Source: Eutreptiella sp. 'Long Island Sound 2002'
Lineage: Eukaryota > Protista > Euglenida
NCBI GenBank assembly: GCA_964036045.1
Contig: OZ038378.1
Location: forward strand, 179,552,001 to 179,616,000
DNA length: 64,000 nt
Reading direction: 5' to 3'
This document shows positions 38,031 to 51,378 of the stretch, one piece after another. The translations under genes were made by a program, and so were the position numbers. Position 1 is the stretch's first letter. Each line of letters opens with the position of its first letter. Below the pieces are notes generated by a model. The model saw only the letters and a list, made by a program, of their open reading frames with translations. It did no database searches and was not told the DNA's origin.

Positions 38031-40203
38031 GGCCCTGTCGCCGTCGGGGCTGATACTAAGCAGACCCTGCTGCCAGACCCAGTGTGGCCGAGCTGACCCT
38101 TCGGATCCCCCCCTCCCCTGCGCACACGCCTGAACACCAAGCAGCCCCCTTAACCGTGGTCAGTGCGCGTCCATGGGGGCCCCTAGCTCCCTGAATCATG
38201 CCACCCTCTTCACTTATGGAGGGGCTTCTGAACTGTCCAAGCCTTGACCTTTGGATGCCATAAGTGGGGGTTATGGCTGCTTGAGCCCGAGCTCTTGCCC
38301 TAGGCCCATTGAGCCTCAGCCCTAGCCCCAGCACTGGACCCAGCCCCTTGAAACAATGCCAGTCCAAGCCGTGCCATGTGCCCCTGCAGTGGCTGCAAGC
38401 TGACCGCAACCTGATCTCACCGTCATTTCCTGTGCATGTTGTATGAAGAAGTGCATGTCTGACTGGGTCCACACAAGCAATGGTTTGTTTGATCGCCCGC
38501 CATTCAATAATTGGTATCCATCTTTCACTGCTCACAGCAGTTCACTGTTCCCCAATGCGCGTCGTTCCCTGTTCCCGTGCATTGTCAGCCTGTCAGCGTC
38601 TTTGCATTGTTGTCATTCACCCACACCAGTTTTCTATGGCGATTTTTATTGGCGCCTCATCCTTCCATAAAATGCACTCCATATTTCAACCTCATCCCAC
38701 TCTGCATGATTAACCCCCTTGTCTACCCTCGTTCATTGCAGGTCACAACTCCTCCTAAATCCAGTACTGTCGCACTCCTTATTGAATGTGACCTAACAGC
38801 CAGAGCAGGTTCAGTCCCACCCTTCTCATCCCGCCTCTGGAACCCCTGCCCCCCCACCCCCCATCTTCATGACAAGACACGGTGCTCTTGTGCTCCTTTT
38901 GCCACGAGAATCAGCACTGACTCCATTCGTTTTCGACTGCAGAGTTCGTGTCCATATTATCGTCTCAATCATTTTGATTTTAATATTTAGCCTCGGACGA
39001 TTTCAGATATCTGTCAGACCCCGATTTCTGGCTTACACTGTGTTTGTAGGGCGGTCAGGATGGATGTGTTCAGACCCCCCCCCCCCCCCCTGGGCCCCAG
39101 TAGTCGGCAGCTCACCCTGTGGTCCGCGTCAAATGCGGGTTGACGACTGTCGGTCCATCAGCAACGATAGTGTACAAGAGGCATTTCTGTGGTGGATGTC
39201 ATGTCAGTTGACGTGACCCCCCAACAACAGCAACAATGGTTGCACTATGCGGTAACCTACCAGGCTTTCTAGTCCTTTGGGGCCTTTGGGACTGCTTGCG
39301 GCATTGCAGCACCCTGAAGAGCAACTAGTTGTGGTAGGGGCTGTGGGAGCGCAAGCGGGCGGGCGACAAGGTCCAAGTGTGGCAGGTTCCCTCACGCCTG
39401 CGATTCCAGGGTGGCCATGAAGCAATGTCCCAGCAAAGGATGCTTGCACACAATGTGGAGCCACCGCTCCACATCCGCTGCAGAAGCCTTAAAAGTGGCC
39501 GGAGCCTGCAGCGGAGGGGGACCAGTCAGCTTCTACAGGAAAGCGACAACGCGATGGTTTTCACAGACGACTCCCCTTTTTTCCCCATTGCGCCCCCCCC
39601 CCCCCCGCAAAAAAAAGGTGTGTTTGCAAAGGGGAATGTGTGTGCCATAAAGGCAAAATAGGGGGGGGGGGGGCGTGTCGACCATACCCACAACAGGGCC
39701 CATAAGCGAGGCGCTGCAGGCTTCAGAGGACCTTTTTCAAAGTTTCCTTTTTGCCCCGCTGTATGCGGTTGCGGTCATCATTTCGAGCCATAGGATACGC
39801 TCCCCACCCCCCTGGTTACTGCCCAGGCTCGACACTCAAAAGGCGAACATGTACACCCGGAAGCACCAACCGGCATACTTATTTAGCGTTTCACACCCCT
39901 TACGGAGCCCCGTTGGGTACCTCACCATGGCCCCAACCCTTGGGCCAATCCCCAAAAAACTCCCCAAACTACTCCCAACGTTTTCAGACAACTATATTTG
40001 GTGGTGGCGTCACATGGAGCCCTGTGACCTGAACAGTGATCCTTGGATTTGAACGAAAAGCCAAGTTTGAGACATATATGGCAGAGGATCGTGAGACCAG
40101 TTGCTGTTGATCAGGATTGTCTCAGGAGGGAGATGACCTCTGGATGGTATGGCAATCCAATTCAGGGAGTGATTTGACGTTTACTTCCGACGCCACAGAC
40201 ACT

Positions 40204-40385
40204 ACTGAGTCAGACAAGGCGAGTGTGAGTGATAGCTGGCATGGGAGGGAGCAACAATTTTAGGGGTTGGCAAGGAGCTAAGGACACCGTCACCATGGAG
40301 ATGTTGCACCAATCCACAAAGGCACTGGCACCGCCTTCTTCGCACTGCTGCAGATGCTGCAGTGTCGTGGCCAATGTACCCAATG
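40204..40385 (-). repeat. Interspersed repeat, inverted relative to its copy at 63458-63634
   Basis: Shared gcagcagtgcgaagaaggcggtgccagtg and atcactcacactcgccttgtctgactcag. Confidence 0.85.
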
Positions 40386-40729
40386 TATTGCAATGGATGA
40401 CAAACGCGTTCCGTAGGGTGATGGCCATCGTCTTTTGATGTCCAGGGTACGGCTCGTTCAAGGTACAGTAGGTGTATGGGCCGCACAAACCACAGGCCTG
40501 TGGAACCTGCATATGTGACTTCTGCATGCAGGAGGTCAGGACATGGTAGGGCTCGATCAATAGAGGGCCCGCACCGCTCGCCCACCCAAACCGTATCATT
40601 TTAAGACTTGATTGTAATTTGGTACCAAATGCTCTCATGCATTAAGACTCCAGGGTTTACTTAGTTTGTGAGATGATTGCAATTTGATCATTTGCCATAT
40701 GAGCTTTGGAGTGTCTCAGGGATTTTGTA

Positions 40730-41632
40730 CCACCCACCCCCCTTGCATAGTAAGCGCCCCTGCATAGTAAGCGGGGGGGGGGGGGGGGCGAGGGAACCGC
40801 CACTTTCCGTTTTGCAAATTTTTACTCAGAGGGTCGGGTAATGAGCTTCTCCTGTGTGTTTGCTGGCTGGACAAGGTGGTATTGTTGGTGCATTGCTGTG
40901 TACTTCAGATTTCTGGCATCCAAGGCACTCCACTGTACCCTGTATCATGTAGAACACTTCAGCTTTTCGCAATTTCAGCCATGGATGTTGAAGATATTGA
41001 CACATACCCATCTGGTGCTGTTGTCAACTTCCAACGTTCTGGGGGCAGTATTGTGGCTGCCAAGATTCTGGGCCTCTCAGAGCGCGGTGCTGATTACTGG
41101 ACCATCACCTATGAGCGCTCTGGCACTGTGGTGACGCATGTCTGTGCCCCTATAGCACGCACGTCCGTTGTGCCAAGGCCCACACGACCCACTGCAGCTC
41201 CCTTGGCCCCCAACCGAGCACAGAGAAGGCTGGCTGGGCAGAAGCTGCCAAACCTCGTGCCAAACTCTCAACCAAGAGTGCAGCCAAACCTGCTGCCAAG
41301 GTGGCAGCCAAGCCTGCAGCCCAGCCTGCAGCTGGAGAGCCCATTCCTGTGGCCCCTGTTGAGTATGTGCAGCTCTTCAGAGTCAAATACTCCCGCCAGA
41401 AAAAGTGGCACACAGAGCCAGTTTCTGAGTACAGCTGAACATGCATCCCAACAGGCAGTTCCCGGCTCATTTTGTGGTTCCTATGCCTTCGTGTCTGCAT
41501 GTCTTGTTTCATGTCGTGCGTCCTTTGCATAGTAATCGGGGGTGTGAGGAAACCGTCACTTGGAGTAGGTTCCCTCGGGGGTGCGAGGATACTGTCGCAC
41601 CCAGGCGCTTACTATGCAAGGGGGGTGTGGGG
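40730..41632 (+). mobile_element. TA-flanked non-autonomous TIR element with SH3/Tudor-like and AKPAAK coding remnant
   Basis: TA|ccacccaccccccttgcatagtaagcgcc ... ggcgcttactatgcaaggggggtgtgggg|TA. Near-perfect ~29-bp TIR with TA on both sides. Confidence 0.85.
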
Positions 41633-42231
41633 TAGCCGTTCTGAGCTCCTGTTTCAGCTGGGTTCCCATGTATGATCGAATATATACACGCAGCAGTTCC
41701 CACGCAATGCAACAAAACGCAAGGCGGTTTCCAAACCAATGTTCAATCAGAGGCTTTCCTGCAAGCTCTAGATCGCTTGGCAGGCCTTGTAGCAACATCA
41801 AGCTGTTTCTGTGCCATGCCATGCAGTGCTTGTAGCTGCCTTCTTGGGTGGAAAGGTGGGGTTTGTTGTCATCCCCAACCTGGCCAAGCTGGCAACAGCG
41901 GAAGCCCAAGCCACCACAGTGAGCGTGTCGGTGAGCCCAGCCGAAAGACATGGGGTGCAGCTTCATCTGCATACCCTGCCCCAACGGACCATTGCTTGTG
42001 GCAACAACCGCTTGAGGAACTCTTATCTGCAGTTGGACCAGCTTTGCAGTAATTTGCATTGCTCAGCAGTGCTGTTGGAGGTCAGCACTGTAGAATGCAA
42101 GGGCTTCAATGATGTTCACTAATTTGATGCACTCAGCCGGTGCCAATGGGGTGGATGTCCAGTGCCACAGCCCTATCCTCTGCTTTCTTCACCTCCATCT
42201 CCGCAGGTGGATGCACCATGTGTAAACACAG

Positions 42232-42474
42232 ATGCACACTTTTGTCCTTCTCTCGTTGCTGCTCTGGTCCACTGCCACGGATGGCGGCCTGGCCCAGGAC
42301 AGCACCCATGCCCTTGGGCAGCAAACTGATTTCCTCATCGTAATCGACGGGAGCTGGGGTTACATGGAACTCTTGCTGAACGCCCTGTTATCCCTTTACC
42401 GAATGGATCCAGCGTACCTCAACAACGTGCTGGTCCATGCCCACGACGAAGCAGTGGCCCGTTTCATGACACAG
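42232..42474 (+). CDS. Gene 2 exon 1: nucleotide-diphospho-sugar transferase (PF03407/GT77-like), signal peptide/anchor
   Basis: MHTFVLLSLLLWSTA leader, then YMELLLNALLSL...VLVHAHDEAVARFM, resembling the 'N.l.sl...v.v.a.D' start of this family. Donor CAG|GTGTGT at 42475. Strong upstream acceptor ctccatctccgcAG at 42206. Confidence 0.75.
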
Positions 42475-45149
42475 GTGTGTACAGCAGTCTGCGCCGCCCT
42501 TCAACTCTCAACGGCACTTCCTTAGGATGTTGAGAATGCTGCTCATGCAGACACGCACATTCAATGGTGGCAGCCCCCTCTCTGTGATCTCTGGGAGGAT
42601 ATGGATCTGCCCCCAGGACCCACCACTTAGTCTTCAAACGGGAAACCAACCGGGAAAACTGTGAACTAGGTCCTGTAGGATCTCAGGAGATGCACACTGT
42701 TGGCTGTTGCTGAGGAGGAACAGAGGGGTGATTTCCACCTAGTGCGAGCCATGGGTGGTTCAGTGGAAGCTAGGAACTCCCCTCCCCCCCTCCTAGGGGG
42801 TAGGGGGGGGGGGGATTAGCGCGCCGGGCATGCGCTTAGCGCGCCGGTCATCTTTTTTTGACCATTCCCCACCCGTGCCTGTTCCCCCCCCCCCCTCACC
42901 AAACAATCTGGAGTACCTGCTCGCAGTGTCTAAGAATCTGGCCCATCCTTTGCACCCAGTTTATGATGATGGCAAGGATGGTGGTTGGGAAGTGGTGGGA
43001 GTGACATTTTGTGTTGTTGAATTCTTATATTTCGGCTTATGCCATGTGCTTGGCACAGAAGGTTTGCGGTCTAGTGCGGTCTACTTGAATTCCCTAGGTG
43101 GGGATAAACTTGGGGCTAGAGATAGGATACTTAATACAAAGGTAGCGCGCCAGGCATACGCCGGGCACGCGCCGGGTGCGCACTGGGCAAACATTCCCCC
43201 AGGGGGTCTCATTTGGAGACAAAGACACAGCAAAATGCATCGCGGTACATGAAGAACCAATGTATGGGGTGATCTGTAAGCATCACTGTGAATTGCGTGG
43301 CGGTGGTCAACAGGGCCCTGGGTTCGGCTAAGCGGTGGAGGTGGCATGGATGGTGCAACACCAGGGCAAAGTAGCGCAGGCGCACCTGTGAGAACGACAT
43401 ACTGCGTCACATCAACTGCTTGCTGACGCCACTCAATGAATGCACGTCCCATCTCATATTGATATCAAAAGTAATGCTGGAGCAGGCCACTTGTGGGCCG
43501 TAGGCGTAGGCGCTCCACCCTCCTCCTTTGGCACATATCTATGCATGGAAGGACCCCCCAGCAAGACAACGATGAAGACCACCTACTGCGAACAGTCCAT
43601 ATGGAGGTGGGAAGAAAGCATGCCATTCCCGGAACCAGAGGACACAGCTTCCCCCAGCAGTGATGCCCCCTTGACGCCTCTAAGCCCCCAGAGGGTGGGT
43701 TGGGAAGTCCACAAGCAAGCTAGCCCTCAGTGAACCAAGATCCCCCTTGTGGGACATTGAGGTGTGCACACTGGTTTGAGTGGCCAAACGCCACAGGATA
43801 CCCACACCCTCGCCGCACCGATTGTTCTTGTCTGCACAACATTTCCCCCGCCCGCAACTTCAAAGGAGGCCCGATCGGAAATCTCCATTCTGGGCTCTCC
43901 CTCTCCAGCTTTGACAATCTCATGCAAGCGGCAAACAGCCCCCCCCCCCCCCCCAGCAGGCAGAAAGAGGAACAGCTCAGCAGTGCAGAAGTGGGGATCA
44001 GGGAAAGCCAACAGAAAGGTCAAACAATGGAACAGACAACTGTACATAAGGGAGGAGGGCAGCAGCGAACACAGGCGGACGCACTGGGAAAGTCGCCTAG
44101 CAAAAACCCGGATGTGAAGCAGTGAACTTGCTGATGAACAATGACTGGAAGTGTCTATGGAGGGGACATCCAGTTCAGCCCTACCGACCATTTGATGCCC
44201 CCCAGCACGCACGGACGACACACAAAGGCACGGCGATATCTCCGCCCCACCAGTACCTTGGTGGTTTGTGGGTTTTTGGGGGTTGTCAGTAGTCTGGTAT
44301 GTCCACGCACGCCGTGGAACCCCGCCTTTGGCACAAGCTGAGACCCAACCCCCAACCCAGCAAACCCCCCCCCTTGGGCAAAAATCGCCTCAATTTAATT
44401 CGAGCTGCAATTTGCGCACAGTGCCCGAAAGAAAAAGTTTTATTTTGAATCCTTGGGGGGGGGTTATCAGGTTTGTGGAGGGGCAGAGTTATGCAGCCAC
44501 TTTGATTCCTCTCCGCTTAAGGGAAATCAAGACAGCATGCTACTTTTCACGAGTTGGGTAAACACACCCCGTCTGACCGGTATGCACACCTAAACCTGTA
44601 GAGTGTGAAACAGGACACCAAAGCTCATTGGTGGTGAGGGATGAGACGAAGCTGAAGCTCACTCAGACAACAGGTGACGAACACCATGGGGAGCAGTTGT
44701 GAGTGGAGCCTATTGCAGATACTTCAACATGACCCTTCGAGGCCTTCTAGAGCCCCAAAACTACGCCCACAGCTTGCCATCTTGTGCATCAGTTACACAT
44801 ACTACAAAATAGGTTTTGTGAAGTTCCAAACTGCAGTTCTCGTTCAACAAACAGTAATGGAATGCGGTTGGAGAGCAATAGTCAGCGGCTAGACAATGAC
44901 CAGTGCAGTTGCAAAGGACGGTTTTCAATGGAAAAAACAAATTATGTGTGTCTTGAGAGAGCGGCTCAGGCAGGGCCCAGCAAGAGTGTCCAAGACAGAA
45001 GGACGATGGTGGTGCCGGCCCAGGGGTTTCATTGGCATGAGGTCACCCCATGGACTCTGCAATGCCCAAAGCTCAACAATGTGCTGTTGCCCCCCCCCCC
45101 CCCCCCATTGTGGCAATAACGCCCTTGGCCGAAACACACGAGGTGTTGT

Positions 45150-47790
45150 TTCTGCAACTTTTGGACCGACGGCGTGTCCTGGTCCCCCGGCTCACTCGGC
45201 CGCCGCAGCCAGCCATGCATGCCTCTGGCAGCGGAGACCCGCTCCGCCTGTGGCAGCCTCCGCATGCCCGGTCGCGTGACGTACGATCCCCGGCCTGTTG
45301 GCGCTCCTGTTGCCCTGGGGTGGCCTGTTTGTCCGTACCGGCAGCAGTTGGCAACTCCCCGGCCCGTTGCCCGGCAGCGCTAGCATGACGGTGCCCCATG
45401 CATGGGGCAGAGCCCTCCTGTGGAGCCTCGTCCCTTGCCTAGTCCACGCCGAGAGGAAGGGACCCCCTGAGCGGCTGCTAGCTGCGCCGCTCCCGAGCTG
45501 GCGGACTGTTCTGCCGGCCGTGCCGGCGGGCAGCGCGGCCGCCGCTGCGCCTGCTCATACAGCCGCAGGGGCCCCTTGCCCGCTGGTGCTTGGGGAAGAA
45601 TCCTCCTAAGAAATCAGCCATTGGTGCCGCATGTAGGGGTCTGCTCAGCCGTCGCTGCCACTGCGTGACATAGTGCGCCACTAAGCCCTCAAGCATCCTC
45701 ACCATCTCGCCGCGGGCGGCAAAGTAGGGGCGTCCTTTTAGCCCAAGGCACGTGCGACCCCCTAATGCAATTAGGGAGTGGCACATGGGGGACTCCTCCG
45801 CAGGCAGGAGGTGGCCCACCAGCAGGTGCGGCTGGAGTGCCCGGGCCGCCTGCCGTAGGACCGCTGCTCGCTCCTGCAGTGGAAGCACCGTCATCCGCAG
45901 GGAGTGCTCCGGGCGCGTGGGCAGTGCCCGACCCGAGGTGGCCTCAAAATCCATTTCGAGCTCCGCATACGACACCTCCCCTTTGCAGCAGCCAACGCAG
46001 CATGGAAGCCCATGAGACGAGGTCTGCGGCCAGCTGCTGGTCCCACTTCCATCCGCGGGGTAAACCTGGTGCCAGCCGCAGTTGTGGCCCGTGGCCCGGC
46101 CGCTGCAATGGACCGACAAGTTCCTGCCACGGGTACGTGCGCCCCCGCCCCGGTCGTGGCATGTCCGGAAAAAGGAGCCCAACGCGGCCCCTGTCTGACG
46201 CAGCTGACTCTGCCCTCATGCGCGCCATGAGTACCAACAACGCCAACCCAAACAACGTGTAGACAAACTCGTCCACCTGCTCCGGGTCAACACCTTCTGC
46301 GGCCTAGGAAGGAATCAGACAAGCATGCTGCAGGCAAGCTGGCCAATTATCAACTACCGTGCTCAGAGCAGGTAGGTTGCCCGTGGCCTCGTGCAGCCAT
46401 GGGAGCCATGCGCCCCTTTCGGCTGTCCAGCATGCGCAGTGCCAGAGGATGTGCCGCTCGTCCTCCGTCACCTGAGCCGTGCAGTACAGGCAGGTCAGGG
46501 TAGGCCTCATGCGCTGCTTGCCCGCCCGAGAAGCAGTCCATGTGGCCCTGTGAGCAGGCCCCGCAAGATGGAGAGCTCAGTCTCCCCGTGGAAGCGTGCG
46601 AGGCCCGTCCGGCATGCCCGCAGGTCAATGGTCCCCGCCAGCCCGCCAAACGTCTGCGGCCGCCGCACCTCTAAACACAGTAGGGCTGCCTGTCGCAGCG
46701 ACTCCCGTATGCGGTGCCGCAACGGGGCCCAATCCTCTGCCACTAGGTCCAGCGGCTCACCCTGCCCCGGGACGCGCCAACGCCACCATACCCCCAGGGG
46801 GGCCCATCCCAGGGCCCTAGCCGTGCGGACCGCGCGTCCTGTAGGCCCGTGTAGCGGGGGTGCATCCCTGCATTCCCAGATGGCCGGCATGAGGACCTGG
46901 GCGGCCCTTGTCACCCGGGCCAGTTGGGCCATCCAGACCAACCTCTCGTACTTGGTACGCATGATAGGGGACGTACGATGGCCGGCCGGGTGTGAGGAGG
47001 CTAAACACCACCTCCTTGGCCCTGCCGGGCTTGGTGGGACCCCAAATGGTGCGGACTGTTTGGGTCTCCAGCCGCGCCAGGTCGGCGTCCGCAATGTCAG
47101 CCAGCTGCACACCATGCAGTGCCACCGCCATGGCTAGCAAACCTGCCACCGTGGAGCGCCGCTTGAGGGAGGTGATCTGCGGCATGCGCCGCAGCACACT
47201 GGCTCCTCGCTGGATGCGGTCTTGAAGCAAAGGACCCATCCCCCTTGCCGGGGGGACCCGGATGCCGATGCCCAGACGCCGGAATTCCATCTCCTCCGGG
47301 ATGGGCACCCCCAGTAGCTGGATTGGCTGACCAGCATCACTATCCAGGGTCCACACCGTGGACTTGCCCGCATTGACGTCCTGCCTAGTCAGCTGGAGCC
47401 ACTTCTCGGTGGCTGGCACTGTGCGCCGCAGTGCCGCCGCACTGGGTGTGACCACCTCCGTGTCCTCCGCATAGCCCCCGACCCCAATGTCCGCCCTTCC
47501 TGGTCCTTGCCGCTCAAGCACCACCGCAGTTGAGTCATCTGCAGCCAGGGTCCTGCAGGGGGGGAGATCCCTAGTGACGACCACCACCTGCTCGCGAAGG
47601 CGCGTTGACGAGGATAACCGACAGAGGGCACCCCTGCAGAATCCTGTTGGTGGCCCGCCACCAGTCGCCAAGGCTACCGGCGAGCTTGAAGGCTCGGACT
47701 AGCTGGCTGTACATCGCCTGCAGGGCCGCCAGTACCTCGGCATCCCAACCCAGTCGCGTGCAGACCTCGAACACGATGGCGTCCTGGTGC
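45150..47790 (-). mobile_element. Degraded non-LTR retrotransposon (RT + zf-RVT-like + C-terminal region), antisense in gene 2 intron 1
   Basis: RT motifs ILQGCPLSVILVN (~47600-47640), GGYAEDT (~47465; YADD-like), VNAGKS and FRRLGIGI. Then SILRGLLTG and CLYC...EDERHILWHC (~46430-46490). Several frameshifts. Confidence 0.88.
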
Positions 47791-48369
47791 TGGTGCTGGT
47801 GCCCTGCTTGCTGTGCCGGCCCCCGCAGCCCCCCGAGCCCTCTTGGGCTTCCTTGGGGTGGAGAGCCCAGGCGACCCGGCTTGCACCGGACGCTTGCCCG
47901 CGGCCGTGGGACCGCGGTGTGCCGAGGGCTGGCTGAAGTGCCCCTGCCCCCCCCCCCCCCTTCCTTGCGGGGCTACCGACTGTCTGCTCTGGGGTGGATG
48001 CTCTGATTCTGGTGGTGGCAGCGATGCCGTTGTGGCCGCCCCTCCCTCTGCCGGTGCCCGGCCGGCGGCGGCGGGGGGGGGGGGGGTTGGGGGTGGGGTC
48101 CGCTGCCGCGCCCTCTTGGAACGGGGGGATAAAGTTGGGTGAGGGAGCAGGGAGGCCGCTCCTTGGCTCCCGCTTAGGGAGCAGGGTGGCCGGTAGGGGG
48201 GGGGGGGGGGGGGCGAGATCCTTTGGCTGTGACCCCCCCTCTGTGTCCTTGGCTGCCTTGTGGCGCTTCTGCTGGCGTTGGGCCCCGTCCGCGGGGCCCC
48301 CCTCCGACGCTCGCTTCCCGCCCCTGCACGGCTCTGTCCGGTTGTCTCGCTCCTGGGCCACTGGCGAAG

Positions 48370-48423
48370 GGGCTGTCGGGGATGGGGCTGGACTACCGGA
48401 ATTGCTTTGACCTAATGCCGCAG
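48370..48423 (+). mobile_element. Inverted RT motif-3 fragment (GLSGMGLDYRNCFDLMPQ) of the adjacent retrotransposon
   Basis: The 'lD..kcFD' RT motif lies on the opposite strand to the rest of the RT, which resumes at (Q)DAIVFEV at ~47786 going downward. Confidence 0.65.
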
Positions 48424-49170
48424 CCCAGCCGCAGCACGCGGCCTTTTCGCTCTGGGCTTCACCAGGTCGACTGCTGTGATGCCGCCAGGGGATGAGGGGA
48501 AGGGGAGAGCGTCTGCGCCCCCGAGAGGATCGGAGACCCCGGGCAAGGGGCATGGAAGGGCCCACAGCGAAGACACCTGAGCCCTTGGCGCGGGTCCTTC
48601 TCTCGCGCCGTGTACACTAAGGGTGAGGCTTGGGGGGCGGCACAGTGGCTCTGCCACGTCCTGCTTCTGCGCTGACCCCTGTACGCACAGCGTGCAGGAC
48701 CTAAATAGGCTGACCTGTTTCTGCAACTTTTGGAAACATGGATTTTTGTGGTTCTTTTTTCTGGATGTCCATGAAGATCAAGTTTTTCCTTGGGTTTGGG
48801 GCTGGGGATGGTATTTCAAGATGCTGATTGCTGTCCTGCCACGTTTTGGCCCCCCTTGAGTGCATGACTTTGATGCACCTCCATAAGCACGGCTGTCTAT
48901 GCCTCGATGCTGCATTGCTTGGCTAGTGTCTTCTCATGTTGCACACAACCAAGCCCGTTTTGTAGAGCAACAGGACGTGTTTTCCCGTCATTTCAGTGCT
49001 GTTAACGTTGTTCTCGAAGGGGGGGGGGTCATCACTTCCTCATTTTATTGCCAAGATCTCGGAGCATCGATTAGATATGACACTTACCCTCCAACTGCTG
49101 GATTGGGTGCATTGGATAGCAGCTGTAGGCACTGCACTGCCCCTGCCCAGTGCTGCCATGTGTCATGTAG

Positions 49171-49394
49171 GTGGGCCTCCGTGTATGGCACAGTGTTGAG
49201 GTCCACCACATTGGCCAGACCTTCGCTAAACTCTTCAACTGCAGTGCCCGTATGGGCAAGCCCTACATGGACACGCTGATGTTCACTCGTCAGAGCTTGC
49301 GCTGGCGGCTGCTGGCCCAAAACACGTCTTTCCTTGCACTTGACGCAGATGTTTGCTTCACAGAGGACCCGCGGCACTTCTGGGCACGCCCTGG
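49171..49394 (+). CDS. Gene 2 exon 2: DxD motif
   Basis: Acceptor gtcatgtAG|GTG (phase 0). LL..NTSFLALDADVCFTEDP carries the family DxD signature. Donor GG|GTATGC at 49395 (phase 2). Confidence 0.85.
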
Positions 49395-49644
49395 GTATGC
49401 TCCACAGCCCCCGATGACTCTCTTCGACAGTCCATTTTTCACCCTTTTTCACGGCAGATTCCCCCTCCCCTCCTTTGCCGGGTCGCCTGAATACGGGGCC
49501 CCTCTGACTGTCATCTGTCTTATGTGGTCAAGAATGTAAGATGGCATCTTTCTGCGCTGCCTATGGGAAAGAGGGCTTCTTGATCTGCCCGTGAGACTTG
49601 TTTCTGATAACAGCATTCAGCTGCACACAGGTCGCTTTTTTTGA

Positions 49645-49816
49645 CTGGGCCAAATTTTCCTTCTGGGCCTTCGGCCGATCAAAACTTTTCTCTGGCGCCA
49701 ATTAGTTTAGACCAAAAATTTTCTTCGGCGCCTTTGGCGCCTATAAAAACTCAGCACCACTTGGGAGGGGGGGCTGGACCCCCCCCCCCCCCCCCCGCCC
49801 CTTAAAAGGAGCCCTG
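49645..49816. mobile_element. CAGGG-type MITE, copy 2 (3' part)
   Basis: Homologous to 37885-38030; ends with ttaaaaggagccctg. Confidence 0.6.
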
Positions 49817-50784
49817 GTCATGCGTAAGCAACACCTTGTCCATGCTTGTGCAAGGGGGGAGGTTCAGGGCCTAGGGGGGAGGTTCAGGGCCTCCGCAGTT
49901 GCTTGAAGTCCGACAGAAAAGTTTCCCCATGATAAATGCCAATAGTGCCCGAGAGGGAAATGCTCATTTCCGGTTTGGTGTGTCGAAATATGTGCCAATC
50001 CTGAAAATCGGGCTGCCAATTGCGTCCCAGTCTCCAAACAGAATTGATGATGGCGGAATCTACAGGATGCACCCGCCCTCCCCCCTTAGTCCTCAGGTCA
50101 CGCCCCGTAAACGCTTGGATGCATGGCTACATATCCGACCACCAAATCACATCATGGGTGCTTGACCACATAGCCCCTGCTGTATGCAGGCACCACACCC
50201 AATAAGAGTGGGTGCATACCTCGTGTCGCATCTTAATCTCCGTTTGTAAGTCAGTCGACGGTGTAGTGTTCCCAGAAACAGCCATGTAAGCATCGTCTTG
50301 TCTCTGCTGGGAAGAAAATTGAACACAGAACCTGGCCAACTCCTCCTCTTTGGCACATAGAACCTGCCCAAATGCGCCTCCATGGCACACATAAGTGGGG
50401 TCCCTCCCCACTTATGGCAACACAGCACCCGGAAATAATTGGGGGGCATGTGGCTTGCTTGAAGCATAATGGCCACCGCAGATGCAGACTGCAACTCAAT
50501 CCAGGACTCCGACTCTGCCTATCCATGACTCAACCTCTCGCCCCAATAAACACTCTTTTTCGGAGGATGGGCTCTGCCACTGACTGTAACTTGGACTTGA
50601 ACCCCCCGCCCCTCGGCTCCCCAGAACGGATGTGGCCCAAAACGGTCACACAAGAGACATGGCGCCAGACACCCGTTGCGCTACACAGTAGCCTACCAGC
50701 CTTGTACCCCCCCCCCCCCCCATCCAAGACCCTTGCATTGCCGCAAACCCTTGGCAACCTCTCAGGCCACTGCACGACGCTTAG

Positions 50785-51264
50785 GTATGACCTCGTTGGA
50801 CACCTGGGGTCGAAGATGGCGCAGCGCCGCCTGTTCGCCGATGGTAGCTCCGCAGCCCTGAACGCAGGGGTCCTGTTTGCGCGCTCCTCGCTACAGATGG
50901 CAGAGTTCTGGCACCGGACGTGGGAGGTCATGATGCAGATGTTCCGGGACTGTCGGTTTTGGGGTTGGGAACAGTGGGCCCTCAGCACGGTCCTGTTCAA
51001 AGAAGGGCTGCGGATGGTGCCGTCCCGGGACCGTGAGGGGGAGTACACTGGGACGGTGGGCGGGCTGAGGGTGCTGGCGCTCGTGCGGGCGCGGTCCGTC
51101 ACAGGGCTGCGGCACTTCGATGGTCCGGGGGATGCGGTGGATAAGAGGGTGCGGATCCGCAGCCAGTTCTGCTGGCACTTGGATTCGCGACTGTGGAAGA
51201 AGGTCAAGCGAACGGGCAATGCAACAGAATTCTTTCAGAAGATCATGCGGCAGCCACGCAGAAG
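50785..51264 (+). CDS. Gene 2 exon 3
   Basis: Acceptor cgcttAG|G (phase 2, giving ARPG-YDLVGH). Contains LNAGVLFARSS and WEQWALSTVL (N-x-G and DQ-like motifs). Strong donor AAG|GTAACG at 51265; the ORF's TAA lies inside this donor. Confidence 0.85.
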
Positions 51265-51378
51265 GTAACGCAACGTGGAGGCCCAACCTCTGATGCTGAT
51301 GCCACTCGTTTCCACCGAAACTCTCATCGCTTCCTGATTCACTGAAATGCTGTTGCTTTTGGCTCGGAAACCACCTAG

